Below, piece by piece: positions 55,606-64,000 of a stretch of DNA of 64,000 nt. Numbering within the stretch: position 1 is the stretch's first letter; each line of letters begins with the position of its first letter. The notes under the pieces were generated by a model. That model made no database searches. It had not been told where the DNA came from and worked only from the letters and a program-made list of their open reading frames with translations. The stretch is from positions 17,210 through 81,209 of the forward strand of contig CALVXZ010000001.1 in assembly GCA_944371785.1 (NCBI GenBank), read 5' to 3'. The DNA is from an uncultured Clostridia bacterium (GTDB taxonomy: Bacteria > Bacillota > Clostridia > Christensenellales > DTU072). The translations under genes and the position numbers were made by a program.

Positions 55606-57578
55606 CTAAGACTTATTTTATATAGCTGTTTTGCCAGAGCGTAGGCTGTGAGCTCTTCCTTATGCGCGTTCAGATCGACTTTGTCTGCAAGCTCGCGCGC
55701 TTTTATCATCATCCTGACGGGCAGCATCGCTCCGCCCTTTCCGGATTGTTCTTCGCCCAGCCACTCGCCCGCGCCGCGTATGGCAAGGTCGCGTTCGGCA
55801 ATTTCCAATCCGTCGGTTTCTTCGGTCATGACCTTCAGACGGATCTGTTCCTCCGCGTCCTTTTCCGTATAGAGGAAACAATAGCCCCTGTCGCCCTTTC
55901 TGCCGATCCTGCCGCGCAGCTGATGCAGTGCCGCCAAACCGAATCTGTCGGCGTCGAATACCGCCATTACGGTGGCGTTCGGTACGTCTATACCGACTTC
56001 TATCACCGTGGTCGAAACGATCACGGAAATTTTATTCGAATAAAAATCGTCCAAAACCGCCTGTTTTTCGGCGGCTTTCATTTTGCCGTGCAACAACCCG
56101 ACCGCAGGCTTTCCGTTGTATAATTTGGTCAGCTCTTTATATAGTTTTTCGGCGGAGGAATTTTCGATTCCTTCTATATCGCGGATCCTCGGAGCCACGA
56201 CATAAGCCTGCCTGCCCTTCATACACTCTTCGGCTATGAAATTCAGCATAGCCTTTTTCCCCGCTTTCGTGACGACTTCAGTGGTGACGTTCCCGACGTA
56301 TCTGCGGTCTATATTCAAAACTTCCACGTCGCCGAACACCGTAAGTCTCAAAGAACGCGGTATCGGCGTCGCCGATAAAGTCAGCGTGTCTTCCGAACGG
56401 CTTTTTGCGATCAGGGCGGTGCGTTCCGCCACTCCGAAACGGTGCTGTTCGTCTATTATCGCAAGCGAGAGCGCCTTGAAAGTCACGGCATCGGATATGA
56501 CGGCGTGAGTACCTATCACTATATCGGTTTCGCCGGAAGCCGCGGCGGAAACGACGCATCTTTTTTCCTTTGCCGCGAGTCCTGCCGTCAGCAAAGATAC
56601 CCTTACCCCGAACGGCGCAAGTATCCCCGAAAAAGTCCTGAAATGTTGGGCGGCGAGGATCTCCGTCGGAGCCATCACCGCGACCTGATAACCGCATTTT
56701 ACGGCATAGTAAGCGGTCAAAAGCGCTACTATCGTCTTTCCGGAGCCGACGTCGCCCACCAACATCGCGTTCAGCGCGTCGATCCCGGTCAGCCCCGACA
56801 GAATGCCGTCCAGAGCCGCCTTTTGCGAAGCCGTCAGCCTGTACGGCAGAGATTCCGCCACCGCGTCTATCACCGAAGTGTTTTCGCCGTAAAAAAGCGT
56901 TCTTCTGCGCTTTCCGACTACCAGACGGTAGGCGGCGATATCCTTCACCACGCTTTCGAGTTCGATCCTTTCTTTCGCCTGTCTGCCTTGCGCGACGGTA
57001 GTCGGCAGATGCGCCGACCGGGCGGCTTCAGATAAAGGTATTTCGTCCGAAGCCTCCGGTACCAGGCTCTTTAACGTATAACCTTTTTCGACGGCGTCCT
57101 TTACGGCTTCGCGGAAAACTCCCTGCCCGATAAGACCTTTCAGCCTGTAAATGGGTTTGATGCCCCGCCCCTTGGTTTCGACGGCGGTTTCTGCAGTGGG
57201 ATTTATCAGCTCCGCCGCGCCGTTTTCCTTTTTCAGTTTGCCGTAAACTCTGACGGCGGCGCCGACGTAAACCGTCTTCGAAACGTAATTGGCGTTGTAC
57301 CAGGTAAGTTTTAGTTTGTAACCGTCCGAGGTCACTCCGCGTGCCCTGAATAATTGCAGTTTGCCCCTTCTTACGGGTCTTGCGGCGTACTCTATAAATA
57401 AAACGGCGACCACGAAATCGCCGTTTTCGGCAATTTTAAGGTCGCTCTCCGCATCCAGATCGATATAATCCGCCGGAGTGTAAGCAATGAGTTCTTCGGG
57501 AGTGTAAATTCCGAGTTTACCCAGCTTTTCGGCGGTAACCGGTCCTATTCCTTTGATCTTCAACAGTTCCGAAGCCAT
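55602..57578 (-). CDS. recG: ATP-dependent DNA helicase RecG
   Basis: 658 aa. Wedge-domain N-terminus, GDVGSGKT, and DEQHRFG. Confidence 0.95.
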   Translation of the reverse strand: MASELLKIKGIGPVTAEKLGKLGIYTPEELIAYTPADYIDLDAESDLKIAENGDFVVAVLFIEYAARPVRRGKLQLFRARGVTSDGYKLKLTWYNANYVSKTVYVGAAVRVYGKLKKENGAAELINPTAETAVETKGRGIKPIYRLKGLIGQGVFREAVKDAVEKGYTLKSLVPEASDEIPLSEAARSAHLPTTVAQGRQAKERIELESVVKDIAAYRLVVGKRRRTLFYGENTSVIDAVAESLPYRLTASQKAALDGILSGLTGIDALNAMLVGDVGSGKTIVALLTAYYAVKCGYQVAVMAPTEILAAQHFRTFSGILAPFGVRVSLLTAGLAAKEKRCVVSAAASGETDIVIGTHAVISDAVTFKALSLAIIDEQHRFGVAERTALIAKSRSEDTLTLSATPIPRSLRLTVFGDVEVLNIDRRYVGNVTTEVVTKAGKKAMLNFIAEECMKGRQAYVVAPRIRDIEGIENSSAEKLYKELTKLYNGKPAVGLLHGKMKAAEKQAVLDDFYSNKISVIVSTTVIEVGIDVPNATVMAVFDADRFGLAALHQLRGRIGRKGDRGYCFLYTEKDAEEQIRLKVMTEETDGLEIAERDLAIRGAGEWLGEEQSGKGGAMLPVRMMIKARELADKVDLNAHKEELTAYALAKQLYKISLS

Positions 57579-59206
57579 TACTCCACGGAAATGTAATAAT
57601 AATAGTGCTGCTGTCCGCCTTCGTAAGCCATAACGTCGTGGAAGGGATATGCTTCCTTCAGTTCACTGACCAATTGATCCGCGTATTCCTTGTCCACGCC
57701 CTCGCTGTAATACAACGAAATCGACGCGGAATCTTCGCTGAGCATCTTTTCCACGACGGCTTTCGCGACTTCGTTGACGTCGGAACCTTTGGCGACGATC
57801 TTGTCGTAGATGCCGATGATGTCGCCGTTTTTCAATTCAAAGCCGTCCATTTCGGTGTCCCTTACCGAATGAGTGACCTGCCCCGAGCGCACGTTCTGTA
57901 TCGCGCGGCGCATCATTTCCGTGTTTTCTTCTTCGCCCGCCTCGTGATTGAAATTCATCGCCGCGGCAATGCCCTGAGGAATATTTTTTGTAGCTATAAC
58001 TACCAATTTAGCCTTTGTAAGTTCTTTCGCCTGTTCTGCAGCCAGAACGATGTTGCCGTTATTGGGCAGAATGTAAACCGTCTTTGCGCCGATGGAATCC
58101 ACCAGATCGACTATATTCGAAACCGACGGGTTCATCGTCTGACCGCCTTCCAATATCTTGTCTACGCGGAGTTCCTTGAAAATTTTTGCGATGCCTTCGC
58201 CGGTGCAGATCGATACGAGCGCGGTGGGTTTTGCCGGGGTCTTTTTCTTCTTCAAAGCCTTGTTCTGTTCCACCATGTTTTCTATTTTAGGCTTATCCAA
58301 TTCGCCTATCTGCAGCGCATATCCCAACGCTTTGTCGGGATGATTGGTGTGAACGTGGACTTTTACCAACGACAGATCGCCTACGACTATCACGCAATCG
58401 CCTATTTTATTCAGTTTGTCGCGCAATTTATCGATATCGGAAAGCGTCGTCTTTTTAAACAGATTTATGATGAAAAATTCGGTACAGTACTGAAAATGTA
58501 TCTCATCCGGGTCGTGGGAATCGGTAAATTCCTCCTCCTGATTAAATTCCGGAAGGGATACTCCCTCGGTTTCGACGGCTTTTTCCATTTTAATACCCGC
58601 AAGGACGTTGTACATTCCTTCGAGTATCAGCAACAGACCTTTGCCGCCTGCGTCTACCACTCCCGCCTTTTTCAGCACGGGCAGCATATCGGGCGTAGCG
58701 TCCAAGACCTCTTCGCCCTTATGTAAAATAAGTTTGAAAAACTCCTCAAAATCGCTCTTTTTAGAAGAAATCTTTACAGAATATTGAGCGACTAACCTGA
58801 TGACGGTTAAAATTGTTCCTTCTTTCGGGTGCGTCACGGCGTCGTAAGCCGAATCGGAACCGGCCTTCAGCGCACGCGCAAAAATTTTGGTGGTGACTTC
58901 TTCCGAATCCCCCAAAACCGACGCGACGCCTTTGAAAATCTGACTTAAAATTACTCCCGAATTGCCTCTGGCTCCGCGCAGCGCTCCTTTTGCAAGCGCC
59001 TGGCAGATCAGCTCCATCCGATTGTCTTCGACGGCGTCCATCTCCTTTACGGAGCTGGTCATCGTCATCGTCATATTCGTACCGGTATCGCCGTCCGGAA
59101 CGGGGAATACGTTCAGACTGTTTACCAGATTTATGTTGTTTTCCAGGTTGAGCGCGCCGCCTCGGAACATTTCGCGCACCCGACTTGTGTCTATCCTAGT
59201 TGTCAT
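57578..59206 (-). CDS. yloV: DAK2 domain fusion protein YloV
   Basis: 542 aa. PDGDTGTNM and RGNSGVILSQ (Dak2), plus a DegV-like C-terminal half. Downstream of asp23. Confidence 0.9.
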   Translation of the reverse strand: MTTRIDTSRVREMFRGGALNLENNINLVNSLNVFPVPDGDTGTNMTMTMTSSVKEMDAVEDNRMELICQALAKGALRGARGNSGVILSQIFKGVASVLGDSEEVTTKIFARALKAGSDSAYDAVTHPKEGTILTVIRLVAQYSVKISSKKSDFEEFFKLILHKGEEVLDATPDMLPVLKKAGVVDAGGKGLLLILEGMYNVLAGIKMEKAVETEGVSLPEFNQEEEFTDSHDPDEIHFQYCTEFFIINLFKKTTLSDIDKLRDKLNKIGDCVIVVGDLSLVKVHVHTNHPDKALGYALQIGELDKPKIENMVEQNKALKKKKTPAKPTALVSICTGEGIAKIFKELRVDKILEGGQTMNPSVSNIVDLVDSIGAKTVYILPNNGNIVLAAEQAKELTKAKLVVIATKNIPQGIAAAMNFNHEAGEEENTEMMRRAIQNVRSGQVTHSVRDTEMDGFELKNGDIIGIYDKIVAKGSDVNEVAKAVVEKMLSEDSASISLYYSEGVDKEYADQLVSELKEAYPFHDVMAYEGGQQHYYYYISVE

Positions 59207-59236
59207 TTATATCCTTAGGCTTTCGCCTCGTCGTTT

Positions 59237-59587
59237 CTACAATTTTACCCCTACGACGTGGATATCTACCTTTTTAACGCGCATGCCCGTCAGATGTTCT
59301 ACGTTGTATTCGACGGATGCCGAAAGCGAATCCTTTACGGCGTCACGGTTGACGCCGTCTTTCAATATCACATATAGTTCCACAAAAATGCGGTTGTCCA
59401 TCGCAACGATCTTTACGCCTTTACTTTTGGGAACTTTGTTAAAAAGAGTCAATATGCTGTCGCTTAGCCTGCGACTTTGAAGCTCCACCACTCCGTAACA
59501 ATCCAACGTCACTCTGCTGACTATGACGGCTACGGCTTCGTCGCTGATATTAATATTTCCGTAAACGTTAGTGGTTGTAAGAGCCAT
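59237..59587 (-). CDS. Asp23/Gls24 family envelope stress protein (YloU)
   Basis: 116 aa. ISDEAVAVIVSRVTLDCYGV...VKKVDIHVVGV. Confidence 0.9.
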   Translation of the reverse strand: MALTTTNVYGNINISDEAVAVIVSRVTLDCYGVVELQSRRLSDSILTLFNKVPKSKGVKIVAMDNRIFVELYVILKDGVNRDAVKDSLSASVEYNVEHLTGMRVKKVDIHVVGVKL

Positions 59588-59642
59588 ATTTTATCCACGT
59601 CTTTCGCGCAAACGGTACTTCGCGCGTGTAGTATTATTTAAT

Positions 59643-59671
59643 ATAATAAATTAATTTCAGAATTTATGCAA
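59643..59671 (-). promoter_or_regulatory. Possible promoter for asp23-yloV-recG
   Basis: Minus strand: TTGCAT (59671-59666), a 17-nt spacer, then TATTAT (59648-59643). Confidence 0.45.
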
Positions 59672-59892
59672 GTAATTTTACCTCTATTTTCACATGTCCG
59701 TGTTAAACCCGCGCGTTTATGCGCAAGCCCGCGTCCGACGCGCGCGGAGTTTTCCGACGGCTTTATTCCGTTAAAAGCTGCGTTTTTCCGCGTTAAACGC
59801 TTCCGGAAAGGGAGTTCGCGGCGCGATCGGGATCGAAAAAACAGGTTCGGGAGCCGAAACCGATAAATTTTGTCGCAGTTGCGATTTTTTCT

Positions 59893-59921
59893 TTGACAAA
59901 GCGCGTCATATCATATATAAT
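59893..59921 (+). promoter_or_regulatory. Consensus sigma-A promoter for rpmB
   Basis: TTGACA (59893-59898), a 17-nt spacer, then TATAAT (59916-59921). RBS GGGAGG lies before the ATG at 59956. Confidence 0.7.
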
Positions 59922-59955
59922 AGCTTAGCACGGATAAAATTATCGGGAGGTCAAC

Positions 59956-60144
59956 ATGTCTAAAGTATGCATTATATGCGGCAAAGGCACTATGTCCGGA
60001 AACAGCATAAGTCATAGCCATATCAAAACCAGAAGGTCCTGGACGCCCAACGTCCAAAAAGTCGATACCGTCGACGCCAACGGCAACCCCGTAAAAGGCT
60101 ATGTCTGCACCAGATGCCTTCGCACGATGAAAAAGGCCAAATAA
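59956..60144 (+). CDS. rpmB: 50S ribosomal protein L28
   Basis: MSKVCIICGKGTMSGNSISHSHIKTRRSWTPNVQK. Confidence 0.95.
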   Translation: MSKVCIICGKGTMSGNSISHSHIKTRRSWTPNVQKVDTVDANGNPVKGYVCTRCLRTMKKAK

Positions 60145-60157
60145 TATAACTCCTGTT

Positions 60158-60182
60158 TCGGGTGCGATTCACCCGATATTTT
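60158..60182 (+). terminator. Intrinsic terminator after rpmB
   Basis: TCGGGTG-CGATT-CACCCGA followed by TATTTT. Confidence 0.65.
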
Positions 60183-60206
60183 CATTGAAAGTAAAAATCG
60201 TATTAT

Positions 60207-60234
60207 AAAAGCGCATACCGGGTATGCGCTTTTT
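60207..60234. terminator. Bidirectional terminator (rpe on minus, rpmB on plus)
   Basis: GCGCATAC-CGG-GTATGCGC 8-bp stem flanked by AAAA and TTTTT. Confidence 0.75.
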
Positions 60235-60292
60235 GTTGAAATTTTTATTTAAATTAGGCGGAGTATCGCGTTTTCGGCGAATTGCCGGCAGA

Positions 60293-60943
60293 TCATTGCT
60301 TCAAAGCGGCGATGACGGCGCGCGGATCTTCGGCTTTATATACCGCGGAACCCGCGACTATCATATCTACTCCGGCGGCTTTGCATAAAGCGGCGTTGGA
60401 AGCCCCTACTCCGCCGTCGATTTCTATAATCGTCGGCAGGGCCCGTTCGTCGATATACGCTCTGCCCTTTTTCACCGTTTCCAAAGTTTCCGGAATAAAC
60501 TTCTGTCCGCCCAGACCGGCGTATACGCTCATCACCAACAGCACGTCGCATTTATCCAACAACGCGATATAATCGTCCAGGCTGACGTCGGGATTAATGA
60601 CGATACCGCACTTTACGCCTTTGTTTTTAATCAGATCCAGCGCGGCGGAAGGATCGCGCGAAGCGTCCGGATGGAAGGTAATTATATCTGCGCCCGCGTC
60701 CGCAAAAGCTTCGACGTAGCGTTCGGGCTCGGTGATCATCAGATGAACGTCCAGCGGCAGAGGCGAAATCTTTTTTATCGCCGCTATCATCGGCATACCG
60801 AAGGTAATGTTTTTAACGTAAACCCCGTCCATTACGTCGCAATGAACGTAGTCCGCACCCCAATCCGCCAACGCTTTCACGTCGCGTTCCATATTGACGA
60901 AATCGGCGGAAAGTATGGACGGCGACACTATGGCCTGTTTCAT
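60293..60943 (-). CDS. rpe: Ribulose-phosphate 3-epimerase
   Basis: The ATG at 60943 (MKQAIVSPSILSADF) is preceded by AGGAG. HCDVMDG and MSVYAGLGGQKF motifs. The 51-aa basic extension in the ORF track is ignored. Confidence 0.95.
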   Translation of the reverse strand: MKQAIVSPSILSADFVNMERDVKALADWGADYVHCDVMDGVYVKNITFGMPMIAAIKKISPLPLDVHLMITEPERYVEAFADAGADIITFHPDASRDPSAALDLIKNKGVKCGIVINPDVSLDDYIALLDKCDVLLVMSVYAGLGGQKFIPETLETVKKGRAYIDERALPTIIEIDGGVGASNAALCKAAGVDMIVAGSAVYKAEDPRAVIAALKQ

Positions 60944-60987
60944 AAAAACTCCTTTTTGCCGGTATCGGCGCCGCGGTATCCGATAAA

Positions 60988-61854
60988 TCAATAACGGTGC
61001 TTTTCCGATTCCGTCAATTCGTTGTAGATCTGAAGATATCTTTCGTAACGCCCGGCGTCTATATCTCCCGAGGCAACCGCTTTTTTTACCGCGCAATCGG
61101 GTTCCGAAACGTGGTTGCAGGCGGTGAATTTACAGCCGCCGGAAAATTTCATAAAATCTTCGTAATAATATTTTAACTCATCGGAAGGTATGTTGACAAG
61201 AGTCAACATACTGAATCCGCAGGTATCCATTACCTGTCCGCCCAAAGCCGGGTAAATCTCGACGTGCCTCGTCGTGTTTTTGCCGCGCTTTATCTTTGCC
61301 GACAGCCCGTCCGTTTTCAGATCCAGATCCAGGACCGCGTTCATCAGCGAAGTTTTGCCGACAGCCGACTGCCCGGCAAGGCATACGGTCTTTCCGGATA
61401 CTTCCTCCTCCAAGGCGCCGAAGCCGCGCCGCTCCTTTGCCGAAACGGCGATGACTTTCATAAAAGAATACGCCCTTTCCAATGCGGATATCTCGCCTTC
61501 TCCGGCAAGTTCGCATTTATTGTAGACCAGAACGGGACGAACGCCTTCCCTGAAACAGTTCAAAATTATCTTGTCCGTCAGCAAAAGATCGGGTTTCGGT
61601 TCCTTTGCGATGACTATAAAAGCTGTATCGACGTTGGCTACGAAAGGTCTTTGCAGTTCGTTGCGCCTGGGCAGCACGGAATCTATCACAAAAGCACCGC
61701 TGTCCTCGGTCAGAACGACTCTGTCGCCGACGGTTACGGAACGCGGATTCAGCCGCAGTCTGCCGCGCGCCGCCGCGTCGTAATACGCGCCGTCGGAGTA
61801 TACGGTGTACAGGTTTGATACTATTTTCGTCACCACTCCTTCGGTCTTTTTCAT
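60988..61854 (-). CDS. rsgA: Ribosome small-subunit biogenesis GTPase RsgA
   Basis: 288 aa. Circularly permuted, with YNKCEL preceding GQSAVGKTSLMN. C-terminal Zn motif CKFTACNHVSEPDC. Confidence 0.9.
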   Translation of the reverse strand: MKKTEGVVTKIVSNLYTVYSDGAYYDAAARGRLRLNPRSVTVGDRVVLTEDSGAFVIDSVLPRRNELQRPFVANVDTAFIVIAKEPKPDLLLTDKIILNCFREGVRPVLVYNKCELAGEGEISALERAYSFMKVIAVSAKERRGFGALEEEVSGKTVCLAGQSAVGKTSLMNAVLDLDLKTDGLSAKIKRGKNTTRHVEIYPALGGQVMDTCGFSMLTLVNIPSDELKYYYEDFMKFSGGCKFTACNHVSEPDCAVKKAVASGDIDAGRYERYLQIYNELTESEKHRY

Positions 61855-62903
61855 ATACCGTTCTCCCCGCCGCTCTTTTCGGAAAGATATTTGTTTCTCA
61901 GCTGACCGCAGGCGCCCTCGATGTCGTTACCCATACTGCGCCTTAACGTAGCTCCGATCCCTGCGGCATTCAGCATCTTAGCGATACGTTCGACGCGCTT
62001 TCTGCCCAATCCGTTCATTCCGCGTTCCTTTACGTAATTCAAATTTATCAAATTAACGTGCAAACAACGGCCTTTCAGGAGTTTTATCAGCTTTTTTATA
62101 GATTCGTCGTCGGAATTTTGTTCCGTCAAAGCGTACTCGACGATGATCCTGCGCCCTGTCTTTTCAAAGTAATAATCCGCCGCTGCCATCACTTCGGAAA
62201 TAGGATTGGATCGGTTTACGGGCATCAGCGCCGAACGCTGTTCGTCCGTCGGCGCGTGCAGGGATACCGAAAGCACGACTCCGATTTTTTCGTCCGCAAG
62301 TTTCCTGATCTTTTCGGAAAGCCCGGAAGTCGACAGCGCGATGTTCCTGGCGCCGAAGTTCAGCCCCTTCGGATCGGTGATCATTTTTAAAAATTTGACC
62401 ACGTTGTCGTAATTATCCAACGGCTCACCCGATCCCATTAAAACTATGTTGTTTATAACCCTGTCCGAAGGGGTGCCTCCTTTCAAAGCGTTTACCGCCA
62501 AGACCTCGCCCGCCATTTCCCCGGCGGAAAGATCGCGGATCAGCCCGTTTAAGCCGCTGGCGCAGAACACGCAGCCCATTCTGCACCCCACCTGCGTGGA
62601 AATACAAAGGCTGTTTCCGTAATTATGAGGCATAAACACGCCCTCGACGATGTTTCCGTCGTTGAGTAAAAACAGGTATTTTTCGGCGTCCTTGCCCCGT
62701 ACCGTTTCAAGTATCCTGACGGATCGCGCCGCATATCGCGCGGAAAAATAATCCTTTACCGCCTTCGGCAGATTGTTGGCTTCGGAATAGTCGCGGTTTC
62801 TGAGGCGCATATCGTTCAATTGATCGGCGCGGTATTTCGGGAAACCGCCGTCGATGACCTCGCGCGTCAACTCGTTAAAATCCAAATCCTGCAACAATTT
62901 CAT
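61851..62903 (-). CDS. rlmN: 23S rRNA/tRNA A2503/A37 C2-methyltransferase RlmN (radical SAM)
   Basis: The ATG at 62903 (MKLLQDLDFNEL) overlaps the rsmB stop as ATGA. CISTQVGCRMGCVFCASG is the CxxxCxxC motif. Confidence 0.95.
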   Translation of the reverse strand: MKLLQDLDFNELTREVIDGGFPKYRADQLNDMRLRNRDYSEANNLPKAVKDYFSARYAARSVRILETVRGKDAEKYLFLLNDGNIVEGVFMPHNYGNSLCISTQVGCRMGCVFCASGLNGLIRDLSAGEMAGEVLAVNALKGGTPSDRVINNIVLMGSGEPLDNYDNVVKFLKMITDPKGLNFGARNIALSTSGLSEKIRKLADEKIGVVLSVSLHAPTDEQRSALMPVNRSNPISEVMAAADYYFEKTGRRIIVEYALTEQNSDDESIKKLIKLLKGRCLHVNLINLNYVKERGMNGLGRKRVERIAKMLNAAGIGATLRRSMGNDIEGACGQLRNKYLSEKSGGENGI

Positions 62904-64000
62904 TTTTTCTTCTCCGTCACGCAGATGAAAAATCCGTCCCATTTCCCGTCGGGCATTATCAATCTGCCGAAATCGGTGTTGTTTTTGTAGCTATAGATAC
63001 TGAAATCCCCGTGTTTTTTGAGAAAGTCTTTTATGACTTCCTCGGTTTCCGCCTTCAGCACCGAACAAGTGGAATACACCAATCTGCCTCCCGGCGCAAC
63101 GTATTCGGCGGCTTCGGACAAAATGGCTTTCTGGACGGGCACGATGGTTTCCACGTCGCCGGGGCGTTTGTTTATCGTGACGTCGGGTCGGTAAGATATC
63201 ACGCCCAATCCCATACACGGCGCGTCCACCGCGACGCAATCGAATGCGTTCAACCATTCTTGTCTGCGGCATAGCGCGTCGTTTTGCAGGGCGTTCAGCT
63301 TTACCCCCATTCTATCGGCGTACGCCTCGATCAATTTTACGCGGTGAGGATATAGATCCGCCGCCGTGACTTCCGCCCCTTTTTCGGCGGCGTATACGGA
63401 TTTTCCGCCGGGCGCAGCGCATACGTCCAGATACTTTTTTCCGTTTATATCTCCGAAAGCGTTCACGCATTCCATCGATGACGGAGAAATAAACGTGATC
63501 TTACCGGATGCATTCAGTTCTTTCAACCGCGTATCGGGCATCGAAAACCAACCGCCGGCTTCCGACCGCGTCAGCGTTTCCAGCCCGGACAGGTCCTCCG
63601 TTTTCCCTTTCCTTCCCAACCTGAAATGCACGAGGTCTGACGCCGGAGGGCGCAGTACGGTTTTCGGGTCGACGCCGTCTTTTTCCAACGCTTCGATGAT
63701 GAATTCGGGAGCGTTAAGTTCGGCTTCGCGTTTTTGTATACCTTCGGGTTCGGGAAGCGTCGGATATTTTTTCAGGACGGCGTTTACGAACCCTTTGACG
63801 CCGGATCCGAATTTTTTCCCGGCGAAAGCCACGGTTTCGTTTACAACCGCATATCCCGGTATCTCGCCGTGTTTCAGCATAAACATCGCCGCCATCAACA
63901 GCGGCTTCAGCGCGGGCTTTACGCCGCGCGGCGCCAAGGTTTCCAAAGCGTACTTCAGGGAAAAATAGTTTTCGACGACTCCTTTTACGACAAACGTCAC
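62900..64000 (-). CDS. rsmB: 16S rRNA m5C967 methyltransferase RsmB/Sun, C-terminal part (gene continues past the window end)
   Basis: DVCAAPGGKSVYAAEKG SAM motif, DAPCMGLGVISYRPD, and YSTCSV catalytic Cys. Confidence 0.85.
   Translation of the reverse strand: MTFVVKGVVENYFSLKYALETLAPRGVKPALKPLLMAAMFMLKHGEIPGYAVVNETVAFAGKKFGSGVKGFVNAVLKKYPTLPEPEGIQKREAELNAPEFIIEALEKDGVDPKTVLRPPASDLVHFRLGRKGKTEDLSGLETLTRSEAGGWFSMPDTRLKELNASGKITFISPSSMECVNAFGDINGKKYLDVCAAPGGKSVYAAEKGAEVTAADLYPHRVKLIEAYADRMGVKLNALQNDALCRRQEWLNAFDCVAVDAPCMGLGVISYRPDVTINKRPGDVETIVPVQKAILSEAAEYVAPGGRLVYSTCSVLKAETEEVIKDFLKKHGDFSIYSYKNNTDFGRLIMPDGKWDGFFICVTEKKK

Noticed and set aside
59591-59599. TTATCCACG, one mismatch from the DnaA box consensus TTATCCACA, just upstream of asp23.
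   Set aside because: It is a single isolated copy with no cluster, no AT-rich unwinding element and no dnaA/dnaN context. It is most likely chance.

Overview
This window reads as a chromosomal segment from a Firmicutes/Clostridia-type bacterium. About 85% is coding, and almost all genes are on the minus strand in tight operons. Many junctions are 4-nt ATGA stop/start overlaps.

Most of the content is core housekeeping, in an order that recalls the Bacillus subtilis rsmB...codY region in compressed form:
- rsmB-rlmN-rsgA-rpe, then rpmB on the plus strand
- asp23-yloV-recG
- pta-ackA-rpmF-plsX-rnc
- thrS, dgt, pcrA, ligA, pgsA, valS, minD/minE-like
- ylxM-ffh-rpsP-KH-rimM-trmD-rbgA-rnhB-yraN-rplS
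- comM-dprA-topA-trmFO-hslVU-hisS

I saw no rRNA, tRNA, CRISPR array, transposase, integrase or phage genes.

The non-core material sits mainly at 19.6-32.4 kb, at 44.1-49.2 kb and at 8.6-11 kb. The part I consider most worth follow-up is 24.2-28.2 kb. It contains:
- a 931-aa regulator with a C-terminal SARP module (OmpR-type wHTH plus BTAD) behind a P-loop-less N-domain and TPR-like repeats
- three GTAAAT direct repeats phased at 11 bp next to that regulator's -10 box
- a divergent pair of uncharacterised small ORFs, one an FG/N/G-rich low-complexity protein
- convergent to those ORFs, an orphan ~195-nt structured RNA with its own near-consensus promoter, a long-range closing helix and an intrinsic terminator. 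I could not assign it to SRP, RNase P, tmRNA, T-box or any riboswitch I recognise. Its size is 6S-like.

All calls rest on reading the ORF translations and the DNA by eye. No homology or covariance search was possible, so family names are motif-based and start codons are inferred from RBS and overlap context.
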